The notes: generated from the sequence alone by a model not told the origin. A stretch of 32,000 nucleotides of DNA from Vibrio vulnificus CMCP6 (GCF_000039765.1 NC_004459.3:1830001-1862000), one strand, 5' to 3'. Shown: positions 9,573 to 18,304, numbered from the stretch's first letter. Numbers and translations are program-made.

Positions 9573-10682
9573 TCAAGGAATTTCTTCACCATTCCACTCT
9601 ATATCAACGGTCGAAGCCGCAGCAAATTTCACTTTGTTCTTCCTTGCGATTTGAAGTAGCTCAAAAACGCTCAACATTTGATACCTGATCGGTAAGTCGT
9701 GTTGCCGCATTACGTTGACGCCTGATAGCCAATCTTGCCAAGTGTTTGCTTTAAAAAAGGATAATCCGCCTCGTGCGATGAGCGAAACCGCTCCTAAATG
9801 GTGTAACTGCGGTTTTGTAGGAAAAGAGAACGCAAGTTCGGGAAACAAGTGAGTGCATTGAGGTGAGAGTAGGTGTAAACCACTAGTGGCTCTTGGGTTA
9901 CACTCGATTATATATAGCTCATCGTTTGTCTGGATAAAATCAAATGAAACTTGACCATGATAGTGATGCCGATGTCCAAAAGCCGTCATAAATGCCTCTA
10001 ATCGATCATCAACTATCGGTTGAAATGCACTGGCGGCAGAGCCATTTACACAGTTTTTGGGCAGATAAGCTTGGTGTGCTCTCATTTGACCATGTTCAAA
10101 AATCGCGTAGTTGCAAATAGGTGCTCCATGGATTTTTTCTTGCTGTACCCAAGGATGTTGAGTCGACATCGTGAGAGTGGAAATAGACTGACGGGTAATA
10201 TCTCGTATTACTTCACCGCCGAATCGAGAGTAAACCGGTTTGAGTACTGAGTCTGCGTTAATCTTGATGTCATGTTTATCAGTAACCAAACGAGTTTTGG
10301 GTAGGGAAATCTCAGGTAAATTTCGAAGTTGGTCAAAGACGGTAAACTTGTTGTGCAGTGAGCGCAGTAATGTCGAATTGGGTAGAAAAAAATGGACTCT
10401 CGGACACTGTTGGGCAATGTGTGCCAAATAGAACACTTCTTCACAAGTCGGTATCACCATATCAATGCGTTGCTGAGTGAGTAAATTGAGGATCTGTTGC
10501 TGGTAAGTAGGAAAGGAGAATCGAGGTGAAGCCGTTTTTACGTAATGCTCAATGCCTCGTAAAAACGCCCCCAGAGGTTGTGCTAATGAATCAGTGAGAA
10601 TGACATCGTGTCCATGCTTTATACACATCGCTGCCCACTCTAATGCGACGGGTGCCCGGGCGCCAGTGATTAAAATCCGCAT
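9573..10682 (-). CDS. ATP-grasp domain-containing protein (putative carboxylate-amine/thiol ligase)
   Basis: MRILITGARAPVALEWAAMCIKHGHDVILTDSLAQPLGAF...VLKPVYSRFGGEVI...QVSFDFIQTNDELYIIECNPRATSGLHLL; start at the internal Met 10682. Confidence 0.8.
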   Translation of the reverse strand: MRILITGARAPVALEWAAMCIKHGHDVILTDSLAQPLGAFLRGIEHYVKTASPRFSFPTYQQQILNLLTQQRIDMVIPTCEEVFYLAHIAQQCPRVHFFLPNSTLLRSLHNKFTVFDQLRNLPEISLPKTRLVTDKHDIKINADSVLKPVYSRFGGEVIRDITRQSISTLTMSTQHPWVQQEKIHGAPICNYAIFEHGQMRAHQAYLPKNCVNGSAASAFQPIVDDRLEAFMTAFGHRHHYHGQVSFDFIQTNDELYIIECNPRATSGLHLLSPQCTHLFPELAFSFPTKPQLHHLGAVSLIARGGLSFFKANTWQDWLSGVNVMRQHDLPIRYQMLSVFELLQIARKNKVKFAAASTVDIEWNGEEIP

Positions 10683-11938
10683 GTGTTCACCACTCGTCGT
10701 TGTTTGTTCATCGGAGTCCAAATCGGAGCAGGGCGATAATTGAATGTGACGGGATCAAGCCTTAGTTGATCAAACAGTTTTACTAGGGCTCGGTAAATGG
10801 CCGGGTGATGGTGAACATCCGCTTCTATTTGAATAGCCTGAGCTCCGGTTTGGGTGATTCGGTAATCGACGCGATCTTGAATTTCTAAAGTGATGGATCG
10901 GTAAATAAGATCAGGTAGCACCGACACGGCTACTTGGCTTGCGTTCAATTTTAGGCAGTCGCCACATCGCCCGGCAATAGCTCCGAGCGGTTCAAATACA
11001 CCGTTGTCCTGTTTGCTCTCAATGATATCGTCAAGCTGGTAGCGAATAATTGGCTGAGTTTTACGACGAAAATCAGTGATGATAGGGCTGTAATGAGTGC
11101 GTTCAGCGTTTAGCCAATGTTTTTCAATATAGACAATATCTTGATTCCATCGCATTTGTCCTTGTTGGTCAGTGCACGCAAGAAAACCTTCAGTACATTG
11201 ATAGACTTCATGCAATTCACTATCGAATTTTTGAGAAATATAGTGACGATCGATCTCGGTTAGCACCTCTGCTCCAGAAATGATCCGTTTCGGCTGGATC
11301 GCTGGCTGACCAAATTGACCACTGAATTGAGCACAGAGTTGAAGGGCTTGAGCGCTACCAACCAAAAGCGTGGGTTGAAACTCATCTAGTTCCTTTATCC
11401 ACTCTTGGTAAGGTTTGTTTAAATCAGCATAAAAGAACGTAATGGGACCTTTTGCTACGGATTTATATAGCGGGCTGTTGGCTCGCAGGGCAAGAGCTAT
11501 TCGATGTTTTCCCCACAAGCTGGGTAAGAGGCGACCCAAAATATTACCTGCCCAGAGTTGTGTCTCTTGTTTATCCGCGAGAAACAATCCGCGCATACCA
11601 GAGGTGCCTGAAGACAGTCCAACAGTTACATTGCCAACTTTTGACGCTGCGAAATTGCGTGATTTTTCTGCCTCTAATGCTTGTTGCATTAATGAGTTTG
11701 CATCCAAACCTTTTGTGTTTAACTCAGAGAGATTTTCCATCATGGTTTGCTTATTCATGATTGGGAAATCACGGAGTGACGCTCCTTGAAATGAATGATA
11801 ATAAGGAGAATGGCGACACACCCAATCCAGATGTTGTGTTACCTGTTTTTGTTGCCACTTTTCAACATGTGTTCTTGAGCTAAAAGGGCGGTAGCGCGTA
11901 CGCCAAAACTCAGAGAGAAGCGTTCTCACATTATCCAT
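10670..11938 (-). CDS. PaaK/CapK/F390-synthetase-like adenylate-forming enzyme
   Basis: NVTVGLSSGTSGMRGLFLADKQETQ...RIISGAEVLTEIDRHYISQKFDSELHEVYQCTEGFLAC...; start at MDNVRTLLSEFWRTRY (11938). Confidence 0.8.
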   Translation of the reverse strand: MDNVRTLLSEFWRTRYRPFSSRTHVEKWQQKQVTQHLDWVCRHSPYYHSFQGASLRDFPIMNKQTMMENLSELNTKGLDANSLMQQALEAEKSRNFAASKVGNVTVGLSSGTSGMRGLFLADKQETQLWAGNILGRLLPSLWGKHRIALALRANSPLYKSVAKGPITFFYADLNKPYQEWIKELDEFQPTLLVGSAQALQLCAQFSGQFGQPAIQPKRIISGAEVLTEIDRHYISQKFDSELHEVYQCTEGFLACTDQQGQMRWNQDIVYIEKHWLNAERTHYSPIITDFRRKTQPIIRYQLDDIIESKQDNGVFEPLGAIAGRCGDCLKLNASQVAVSVLPDLIYRSITLEIQDRVDYRITQTGAQAIQIEADVHHHPAIYRALVKLFDQLRLDPVTFNYRPAPIWTPMNKQRRVVNTCGF

Positions 11939-12789
11939 CCTTCTGTAATTAACTGTTGGATTGTCGCTTGGCAATGAGAAGGCACAAAGCGCACAAAATG
12001 ATGGGTATGCTGGTAGCAATTTCTCAACTCAGAGAGTGTTTGCTTGTAGGCTTGGGTATCATCGCAAAGCAGGTTCGCGAGCCAATGTTGATCGATGTTT
12101 TCACTCAAGTTCTCGATTAACCAACAGGCATCAGCTAACAAGAACAGCCAACCTTGCTCTCTCTTCACTAAAAGCCCTACTTGACCAGCAGCATGTCCGG
12201 GTAAACTCACCATGTAAATTAAGCCGTCGTTGAACATATCTTTACAAAGCAGATCAACGCCTTGGCAATGGGGAAGGATTTCACCAATGGGGATGGAAAA
12301 ATCACGGTGCATGACCAAGTTGGATTCGAGTTGTTGAGGGAGTAGCGCTTTTAGGTATCCTTTTCTAACGCCTCCCACTCGACCACTCTTAGTTAGGGCG
12401 TCCACTCCTTTTTGTTGGCAATGTAATTGGGAGTGCGCAAACTCAGACACGGCAGCGATGTGGTCGGCATGGAAGTGAGAAAGGACCAAGTGCTCAATCT
12501 CATGAGGTCCGATTTTTTCTTTTGCTAACTGGGCCACAATTCCGCGCTCTTTTTGATAGTGACATGGTGTTGTCCAAGCATAAAAGCGTTCAGGGAAGGG
12601 ACGAGTGGCACGGAAAAAATGCTCGTGATACCCAGTATCAAACAGAATGTTACCTTTAGTTGGGTGTTGAATTAACGCGACAGCCGCTGGAAACGATCTT
12701 GGCTTTAACCCAGAGCCGGGTTTGACGACAAAACTAGGGTGTACGCAGTGCCCAGCCTCAAAGATTTTTATTTTTAGACCAGTCTGCAT
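11926..12789 (-). CDS. Metallo-beta-lactamase-fold hydrolase (lactonase/thioesterase-like)
   Basis: NILFDTGYHEHFF...HLVLSHFHADHIAAVSEF (HxHxDH), MVSLPGHAAGQVGLLV. Confidence 0.85.
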   Translation of the reverse strand: MQTGLKIKIFEAGHCVHPSFVVKPGSGLKPRSFPAAVALIQHPTKGNILFDTGYHEHFFRATRPFPERFYAWTTPCHYQKERGIVAQLAKEKIGPHEIEHLVLSHFHADHIAAVSEFAHSQLHCQQKGVDALTKSGRVGGVRKGYLKALLPQQLESNLVMHRDFSIPIGEILPHCQGVDLLCKDMFNDGLIYMVSLPGHAAGQVGLLVKREQGWLFLLADACWLIENLSENIDQHWLANLLCDDTQAYKQTLSELRNCYQHTHHFVRFVPSHCQATIQQLITEGWIM

Positions 12790-13744
12790 ACTGTTGGATT
12801 CCTTCTTGAACTGAAAAAAGCGGTTGGTAATTCAGCTTTTTCTGCGCCTTACTGATATCTAGAGTTTGGTGGTAGTTAAATAACCCTGCGCTGTATGAAG
12901 TGAGCTTTGGCTCCGGTTGGTACGGTAAGCGCATCCGTATTTGCTCACTGAGTTTTAATAACGGCAACACTAAGCGGTATGGGAGTGATATTAATTTAAC
13001 GTTTATGTTCAATGCTTCACACAAAGCTCTTAGCACGGTCTCAATAGGCATTGGCTCGTTGTTGGATATATTGAATATGTCACCATGTTGAAGTTGTTCC
13101 GCTTGAGTACAAGCAAGCATGGCAGCATGGGCTACATTATCGACATAAGTCAGATCAACAACCGGATTTCGCCCGGATGGCAGAAGTAGTGTGTCGTTTT
13201 TTATCGCTTTAAGTACCCTAGGGATAATCGCGCGATCGTTAGGACCGAAAATACCACGAGGTCTTAAAATGATCGTTTTGCTTTGTCCCTGTATGGCTTC
13301 AAGTTCAGACAAGTATTTTGTGTGCGCGTAATCATTACACCAACGCGAAGCAATATCGTCTGTTTCTCGAATATTCCACCTGTCTTTGTAGTCAAAATAG
13401 ACGCTGGTGGAGGAAATATGGATAAAACGTGATACCTGATGGGCATTCGCTGCGCTGATGAGGTTTTTTGTGGTGTCTACATTGGATTGATAAAACGCTT
13501 CCCACTTTCCCCAAGGGCTTGAGAGCGCAGCGCAATGGATGATCCCATCAATACCTTGGCATACATCATAAACCGCTGATTTATCCTCTAAATTGAGTAA
13601 ATGCGGTGTGACATTGAATTGGTCGGTGAGTTGTTTTGCGATGACAGTATTTCGCGCAGTAAAGTGCAGTTCATGTTGCTGGTGAAACATCCGTAGAATC
13701 GCACTACCCAGCATACCACTGCCACCTGTGACTAATATTTTCAT
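12758..13744 (-). CDS. NAD-dependent epimerase/dehydratase or 3-beta-hydroxysteroid dehydrogenase-like (OleD-like) reductase
   Basis: MKILVTGGSGMLGSAILRMFHQ (Rossmann), YAHTKYLSE (YxxxK), FIHISSTSVYFD. Confidence 0.85.
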   Translation of the reverse strand: MKILVTGGSGMLGSAILRMFHQQHELHFTARNTVIAKQLTDQFNVTPHLLNLEDKSAVYDVCQGIDGIIHCAALSSPWGKWEAFYQSNVDTTKNLISAANAHQVSRFIHISSTSVYFDYKDRWNIRETDDIASRWCNDYAHTKYLSELEAIQGQSKTIILRPRGIFGPNDRAIIPRVLKAIKNDTLLLPSGRNPVVDLTYVDNVAHAAMLACTQAEQLQHGDIFNISNNEPMPIETVLRALCEALNINVKLISLPYRLVLPLLKLSEQIRMRLPYQPEPKLTSYSAGLFNYHQTLDISKAQKKLNYQPLFSVQEGIQQYADWSKNKNL

Positions 13745-14730
13745 AGTTTAAGGACTCCCATCCCCAACGAGAGCCCAGCAGCAGTGCCCGCCAATAAAAC
13801 ATGTTTCCCTTGTGTGCCTGGTTGGTTGCGTAGCCAGTGCAAGTTTATCGGCAATGACGCAGCGACTTGGTTACCCAAGGTGGAAAAGTGATTAACGATT
13901 TTCTCTTTCGGTAAACCAACGAGTGAGGGTAATTTCTTTAAACCGTGAGCACTCGCTTGGTGTGGAAGAAAGTAGTCAATATCGCGAAGGGTAACTGGAG
14001 AGGAGCAAAAGCCTTTTTCAAGAAACGCAGGCAAAGTTTTGCGCACATGTTTAAACAGTGCTTTGCCTTCCATTTCAAATTGGCAGTTTTTCAAATAGGC
14101 TTGATGCTCTGAAGTATGCGGGTTGATATGACTGCCTCCCCCCTTTATTTGACAGAATGAATACCCAGCGTGATGCGTTTCAAAGTGGCTCGTGAGCAGC
14201 CCTTCATTCTCTGTTTGCTCTAGTAAAAACGCTGCTGCACCGTCGGCGAATAAGGTTGCAACTTCAGGTTTGAGTGTGAAGCTGCGATTCAATGTGATGC
14301 CCGTAGCGAGCTCACTGGTGACAATAAGAATACGTTGGTAGCGTTTTGCTAAAAAAAGGTTCTGAGCAAGATTGAGAGCGGAGAGAAAAGACAAACACGT
14401 ACTGTTTAAATCAAAACTTTCTAGCGATGTCGGGGCGTCTAATGCCGCTAAGACTGCCGATGCATCATAAGGTAAAGACTGATGATGTGTGCCACTGGCA
14501 TAAATAAGGAGGTTAACAGAACTTAGCGAATGTGTGTTAGCGAGACATTGCGTTATCGCTTGCATTGCCATATATACAGCGGTTTCTTTCGTGTCGGCTA
14601 CATGACGATACTCAACGTCGAATTTGTTTCGACAAGTTCCTGAGGGTAATTTTAGGAAGCGATCCATCTCCCGATCTGACCACTGATTGACTGGCAGATA
14701 GCTTCCACTGGAAAGGATATTAAAGCCCAT
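13741..14730 (-). CDS. 3-oxoacyl-ACP synthase III (KAS III/FabH)-like ketosynthase
   Basis: 329 aa; DLNSTCLSFLSALNLAQNL (active-site Cys), IDYFLPHQASAHGLKKL (His), FSTLGNQVAASLPINL (Asn). Confidence 0.85.
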   Translation of the reverse strand: MGFNILSSGSYLPVNQWSDREMDRFLKLPSGTCRNKFDVEYRHVADTKETAVYMAMQAITQCLANTHSLSSVNLLIYASGTHHQSLPYDASAVLAALDAPTSLESFDLNSTCLSFLSALNLAQNLFLAKRYQRILIVTSELATGITLNRSFTLKPEVATLFADGAAAFLLEQTENEGLLTSHFETHHAGYSFCQIKGGGSHINPHTSEHQAYLKNCQFEMEGKALFKHVRKTLPAFLEKGFCSSPVTLRDIDYFLPHQASAHGLKKLPSLVGLPKEKIVNHFSTLGNQVAASLPINLHWLRNQPGTQGKHVLLAGTAAGLSLGMGVLKL

Positions 14731-14926
14731 TATTTTCTACAAAGTCATTAAAAACGCCGTTCAAAATAATTCAAGTTGCATATTGGATCTATATCAAGAG
14801 GGTGAAAAAGGTAAGTGAGAGAATGCGAATGGGAGCGATAACACGCTTTGTATGCAAGGCTGGGTACAAAATATTCACTAGTGAGCCAGATGTTGATCAA
14901 CTGGCTCAATTTAAAAGGTGAGAGCT

Positions 14927-15376
14927 TTATTTCTTAAATTTGGCCAAAATGCGATCCAAATGATTGGCAAATTCGCGGCGTTCGGTTTGCGAGAGAGCCG
15001 CAGGGCCGCCAGTCTGGATTCCACTTGAGCGCATGGTTTCCATAAAGTCACGAATGTTAAGGCGCGCTTTAATGGTGTCTTTAGTATACAACTCACCACG
15101 TGAACTTAAGGCGAGTGCGCCTTTGGTGATCACTTCATCGGCGAGCGGAATATCAGAAGTAATCACCAAATCGTTTGGTTCCACACGTTTGACGATCTCG
15201 TTATCCGCAATGTCGAAGCCGGCAGGCACTTGCAAACTGTGGATGTTGGGCCTTCTTGGTACTGGTACAACGTGATTAGCGACAAAGGTGCATTCGACAC
15301 CGGTTCGCTCTGCTGCGCGGACAATGGTTTCTCGAATCACTTTTGGACAGGCGTCGGCATCAACCCATATCTTCAT
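14927..15376 (-). CDS. yaiI: YaiI/YqxD (UPF0178) family protein
   Basis: [35 protein letters not shown]...[28 protein letters not shown]. Confidence 0.93.
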   Translation of the reverse strand: MKIWVDADACPKVIRETIVRAAERTGVECTFVANHVVPVPRRPNIHSLQVPAGFDIADNEIVKRVEPNDLVITSDIPLADEVITKGALALSSRGELYTKDTIKARLNIRDFMETMRSSGIQTGGPAALSQTERREFANHLDRILAKFKK

Positions 15377-15666
15377 TGGTTTTTCTCTTTTAGTTGTGCT
15401 TCTAATGCATCGATACGAGCTGCCAGCTTCAGGACGGTCGCTTCGAGTTGGGCAATGCGTTCCGCATCTTGATTGGTTTGACTTGCCACTTCGATCTTCG
15501 GTACGCGCTGGGCGCTCTTCCAGCTTTTGATCGCGGCAATGATCGCAGGCATGGGGACCGATGTTTTTAATCGTGCCTTCACGAGCGCGACAGACGGCTC
15601 TTTTCCTTGCTGCTGAAGCTGTTCAAGCACCGCTTCCAGCTCTTTGGTGACATCTTGAGTTAACAT
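15373..15666 (-). CDS. Hypothetical protein with C-terminal coiled coil; N-terminus resembles a small DNA-binding helical domain
   Basis: [50 protein letters not shown]...[28 protein letters not shown]; 4-bp overlap with yaiI. Confidence 0.7.
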   Translation of the reverse strand: MLTQDVTKELEAVLEQLQQQGKEPSVALVKARLKTSVPMPAIIAAIKSWKSAQRVPKIEVASQTNQDAERIAQLEATVLKLAARIDALEAQLKEKNQ

Positions 15667-15745
15667 TTTTTCTTCCTGATAACGATATGTTTATCATGAT
15701 ACGTGGCACTAAGGTTTTTGGCGAATAGCAATTTCGGTAATTGCG

Positions 15746-15763
15746 TGTGAGAGATCTCTTACA
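15746..15763. promoter_or_regulatory. GacA/VarA (UvrY) binding box upstream of the CsrB-type sRNA
   Basis: TGTGAG-AGATCT-CTTACA, matching TGTAAG-N6-CTTACA with one difference. Confidence 0.8.
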
Positions 15764-15888
15764 CAGCTTGTGCGAGAAAGCTAATTTATCGTAAGAGGAA
15801 TGGTTATCAAAAGAACCTAACCTAATGATTAATAAGGAATGTTAATGCGATGTAATGGTTTGCATAAGCGTTTTTCTTTGCCGGTGGA

Positions 15889-15916
15889 TTGCTCCGTTCA
15901 AGAAAAAGAGTAAATT
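15889..15916 (+). promoter_or_regulatory. Candidate sigma70 promoter for the sRNA
   Basis: TTGCTC (15889-15894), 16-nt spacer, TAAATT (15911-15916), just before the GGA-rich transcript. Confidence 0.5.
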
Positions 15917-15921
15917 AAACC

Positions 15922-16322
15922 CTGTCGGAAGGATGCTGACACGGAACAGGAAACGCCAAGGATTTGGTTATCGTCAGGAAGACGATTTGGTTGCTCAGGA
16001 TGAGGAATCAAGCAAGGAGCGAAGGACATTGTAGGAAGCAATCACTAATAGGATGTTGGTGACGAAGGAACGACAATGGACACCTCGAGGATGGAGGTCA
16101 GGACAGTATCAGGACGATACCAGGGACACCGCTCAAGGAACAAGTGATGTGCGCTAACGGGGATAGTTAGCTGTCAGGAAGATTAGGACACCGCTAGGAC
16201 GGCGAAGTAAGGAATAGCTGAAGGATTCAGCCACTATTATGGATGATGCAGGGAGCATTATTAGTAGCCGGACTGCTGCGAGTAAGACTATAGCCCCGAT
16301 ACGAAAGTGTCGGGGCTTTTCT
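15922..16322 (+). ncRNA. csrB: CsrB-family regulatory sRNA (CsrA-sequestering)
   Basis: Roughly 25-30 GGA motifs in ~400 nt, many in hairpin loops: ATCGTC-AGGAA-GACGAT (15971-15987), GTATC-AGGAC-GATAC (16106-16120), GCTGA-AGGAT-TCAGC (16217-16231). Ends in the terminator AGCCCCGA...TCGGGGCTTTT. Near yqcC-truC, as csrB is in E. coli. 5' end approximate; Vibrio has several paralogues (CsrB/C/D), so the symbol is provisional. Confidence 0.88.
16292..16322 (+). terminator. Rho-independent terminator of the sRNA
   Basis: AGCCCCGA-tacgaaagtg-TCGGGGCT followed by TTTTCTT. Confidence 0.88.
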
Positions 16323-16500
16323 TATCGTCATCTCTTCACACTCTCTACCGTCAGATCGATATAAGTATTTTATAAACAACGTTAAAAAACAATCTGGATC
16401 AATAACTCTTTGTTCAAGTTGGTTTAATTTTTCGGCTTCTCAATTGGGCGTAACGGATTTGCAACGCGCTAAATCGGTACCGCCATATCAAGGATAGAAT

Positions 16501-17004
16501 GTGACCATAGTAACTCGAAGGACATTACTCCTTCCTTACAATGAATCATTAAAGCTCGAATTCGTGATGCTAAATTGCTGCGCGAAGAATCGTGCGCAGC
16601 TCAATGGTCCATACACGGTTGCCAATGCCAAGCTTCTGTTTGATAAAGTATTGAATGATAAAACGATCCATGCCAGAGCTGTATTGGATAACTACAATCG
16701 CGAATACATGGGGCATGTCTATATCGCGCATTTAGATAGTCAACCTGAACTGGAGTTCATGTTTGATAAATCGTACTGGGGGAAAGGGATCGCCAGCGAA
16801 ACATTGAAGGCGTTTGTGCCCAAAGCGATGCATGAATTGCAGTTGGAGAGCTTAACGGCACACATCAAACCTCAGAACATCGCTGCAATCAAAGTACTCA
16901 CCAAGCTGGGCTTTTATGATGTTTCCCAGCTTAGTCAGTGCAATGCGCTCGTGACAATGCGTTTTACATCCGATGAGGTGGCAGGAAAAAGTTCAGCGGC
17001 CTGA
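16501..17004 (+). CDS. GNAT family N-acetyltransferase (RimJ/RimL-like)
   Basis: GTG start; LEFMFDKSYWGKGIASETLKAFVPKAMHELQLESLTAHIKPQNIAAIKVLTKLGF. Confidence 0.88.
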   Translation: MTIVTRRTLLLPYNESLKLEFVMLNCCAKNRAQLNGPYTVANAKLLFDKVLNDKTIHARAVLDNYNREYMGHVYIAHLDSQPELEFMFDKSYWGKGIASETLKAFVPKAMHELQLESLTAHIKPQNIAAIKVLTKLGFYDVSQLSQCNALVTMRFTSDEVAGKSSAA

Positions 17005-17263
17005 ATCCTGTCATCATCAGTTGCCCTTGATAGCAGTCGTCACCGAGCGCTGAAAACTCAAATAAATAAACAGTATGCCAACGCCAGCTTCCCTCTGGCG
17101 TTTTTAATTTGTGCCCGCCAAACGCAACACTAATGAGTTGTAACTCCAGTTGGTCGCATTTGCGTGCTATCGCAGCCTTGGCCAGTTCCGATTGGCGACG
17201 TTGTTGCCAAAAGAGAAAACAGAAGAAACACAATCCTAAGATGGCAAACAAATCACCGACCAT
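16964..17263 (-). CDS. DUF3301-like small membrane-anchored protein
   Basis: MVGDLFAILGLCFFCFLFWQQRRQSELAKAAIARKCDQLELQLISVAFGG; 3' end overlaps the convergent GNAT gene by ~41 bp. Confidence 0.75.
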   Translation of the reverse strand: MVGDLFAILGLCFFCFLFWQQRRQSELAKAAIARKCDQLELQLISVAFGGHKLKTPEGSWRWHTVYLFEFSALGDDCYQGQLMMTGFRPLNFFLPPHRM

Positions 17264-17266
17264 GGT

Positions 17267-18304
17267 TTATCCTTTTGTAGCCTGTTGTAGATTTAAAAGT
17301 GCATTGGCCAGCTCTGGTGATGGGCTGGAGTGCAGCAGAGGCAATAGCACCATTCTGAGCTGTGGAAGCATCACTAAGTCGGCAAACAGCTGGTTGAACA
17401 GGTTTTGATTACCCGTTTGTGCCAAACGAACCAAAAAGAGCTGTGCGACCTCCGTTTCAGCCAACCAATGCCAAGCGCGACCGGCAATACCAATCAACAC
17501 TTCCTGATGGCTCAATCTAGGACTGGCGAGCAGTGTGTTCAGCAGGGGTTTCACTTGTGCTTGCTCTGCGCCTGACAGCGCACGAATCAGCGCAGAGAGC
17601 AAAAACAGATCAGGGTGTGGCTTGGCGATTTCACCTTCAGTGAGCTCGATTAAGCGGGCTGTTAGCTTTTCAGGCAAGGTGACATGCTCTAACGCACCAA
17701 GCAGAGCATACAATGGGGTTGAAGGAAGGTGCGCCAGTGCCTTGCGTATTAGCACGCCATTTTGCTCTTGATCCAATCGAGCACAGATGTCGGTAATGCC
17801 CTGCAAGCCAACGGTTTGCCAGTTTTCCCAACCCAATTTCCCTTGGAAATAGATTTGGGCGTGTTCGTAGTATTGGCTGGTCGGTAACTGCAATTGCGCG
17901 CGCACCAAGCTATGAAATACCGCCATTTTGTCTTCAGAAGGCTTAAACGTATAAGGATTGTTCGCCAACTTCTGTTGCTGTTCTTCACTCATTTCTTGCG
18001 ATAAACGCGTTCCCATCGCTTCTACGACAAATTTAATGAAGTTGCCGATGTCTGCTTGCTTCAATAGACCACGCTCGTCGAGTTCAAATTTCAAAAACCA
18101 AATCCATGGTTGCTTTTGCTCATTCCAATACACAATCGCCAAATTGGCTTTCCGTTGCAGAGGGTAAGGATAAGGCGCTGAGCCTTTTTCTATCTCGGCA
18201 AATTGCGTTTGGCTGATTGGATTGATACGGCGGCCCAAATCATAAATGGCGTATTGGCAGTCGCTGGCGGTAAGGAGTTGACTGAGAGTGTGTATGGTAT
18301 CCAT
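17267..18304 (-). CDS. DUF3549-like protein
   Basis: MDTIHTLSQLLTASDCQYAIYDLGRRINPISQTQFAEIEKGSAPYPYPLQRKANLAIVYWNEQKQPWIWFLKFELDERGLL. Confidence 0.78.
   Translation of the reverse strand: MDTIHTLSQLLTASDCQYAIYDLGRRINPISQTQFAEIEKGSAPYPYPLQRKANLAIVYWNEQKQPWIWFLKFELDERGLLKQADIGNFIKFVVEAMGTRLSQEMSEEQQQKLANNPYTFKPSEDKMAVFHSLVRAQLQLPTSQYYEHAQIYFQGKLGWENWQTVGLQGITDICARLDQEQNGVLIRKALAHLPSTPLYALLGALEHVTLPEKLTARLIELTEGEIAKPHPDLFLLSALIRALSGAEQAQVKPLLNTLLASPRLSHQEVLIGIAGRAWHWLAETEVAQLFLVRLAQTGNQNLFNQLFADLVMLPQLRMVLLPLLHSSPSPELANALLNLQQATKG

Noticed and set aside
12900-13446. Small ORFs antisense to or within the epimerase gene
   Set aside because: Spurious overlaps in alternative frames of a clear Rossmann-fold gene.
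9573-14730. Treating the five-gene cluster as a canonical ole olefin cluster
   Set aside because: It lacks an OleB-like alpha/beta hydrolase, the activating enzyme is PaaK/F390-like rather than OleC-like, and there are additional MBL and ATP-grasp genes.
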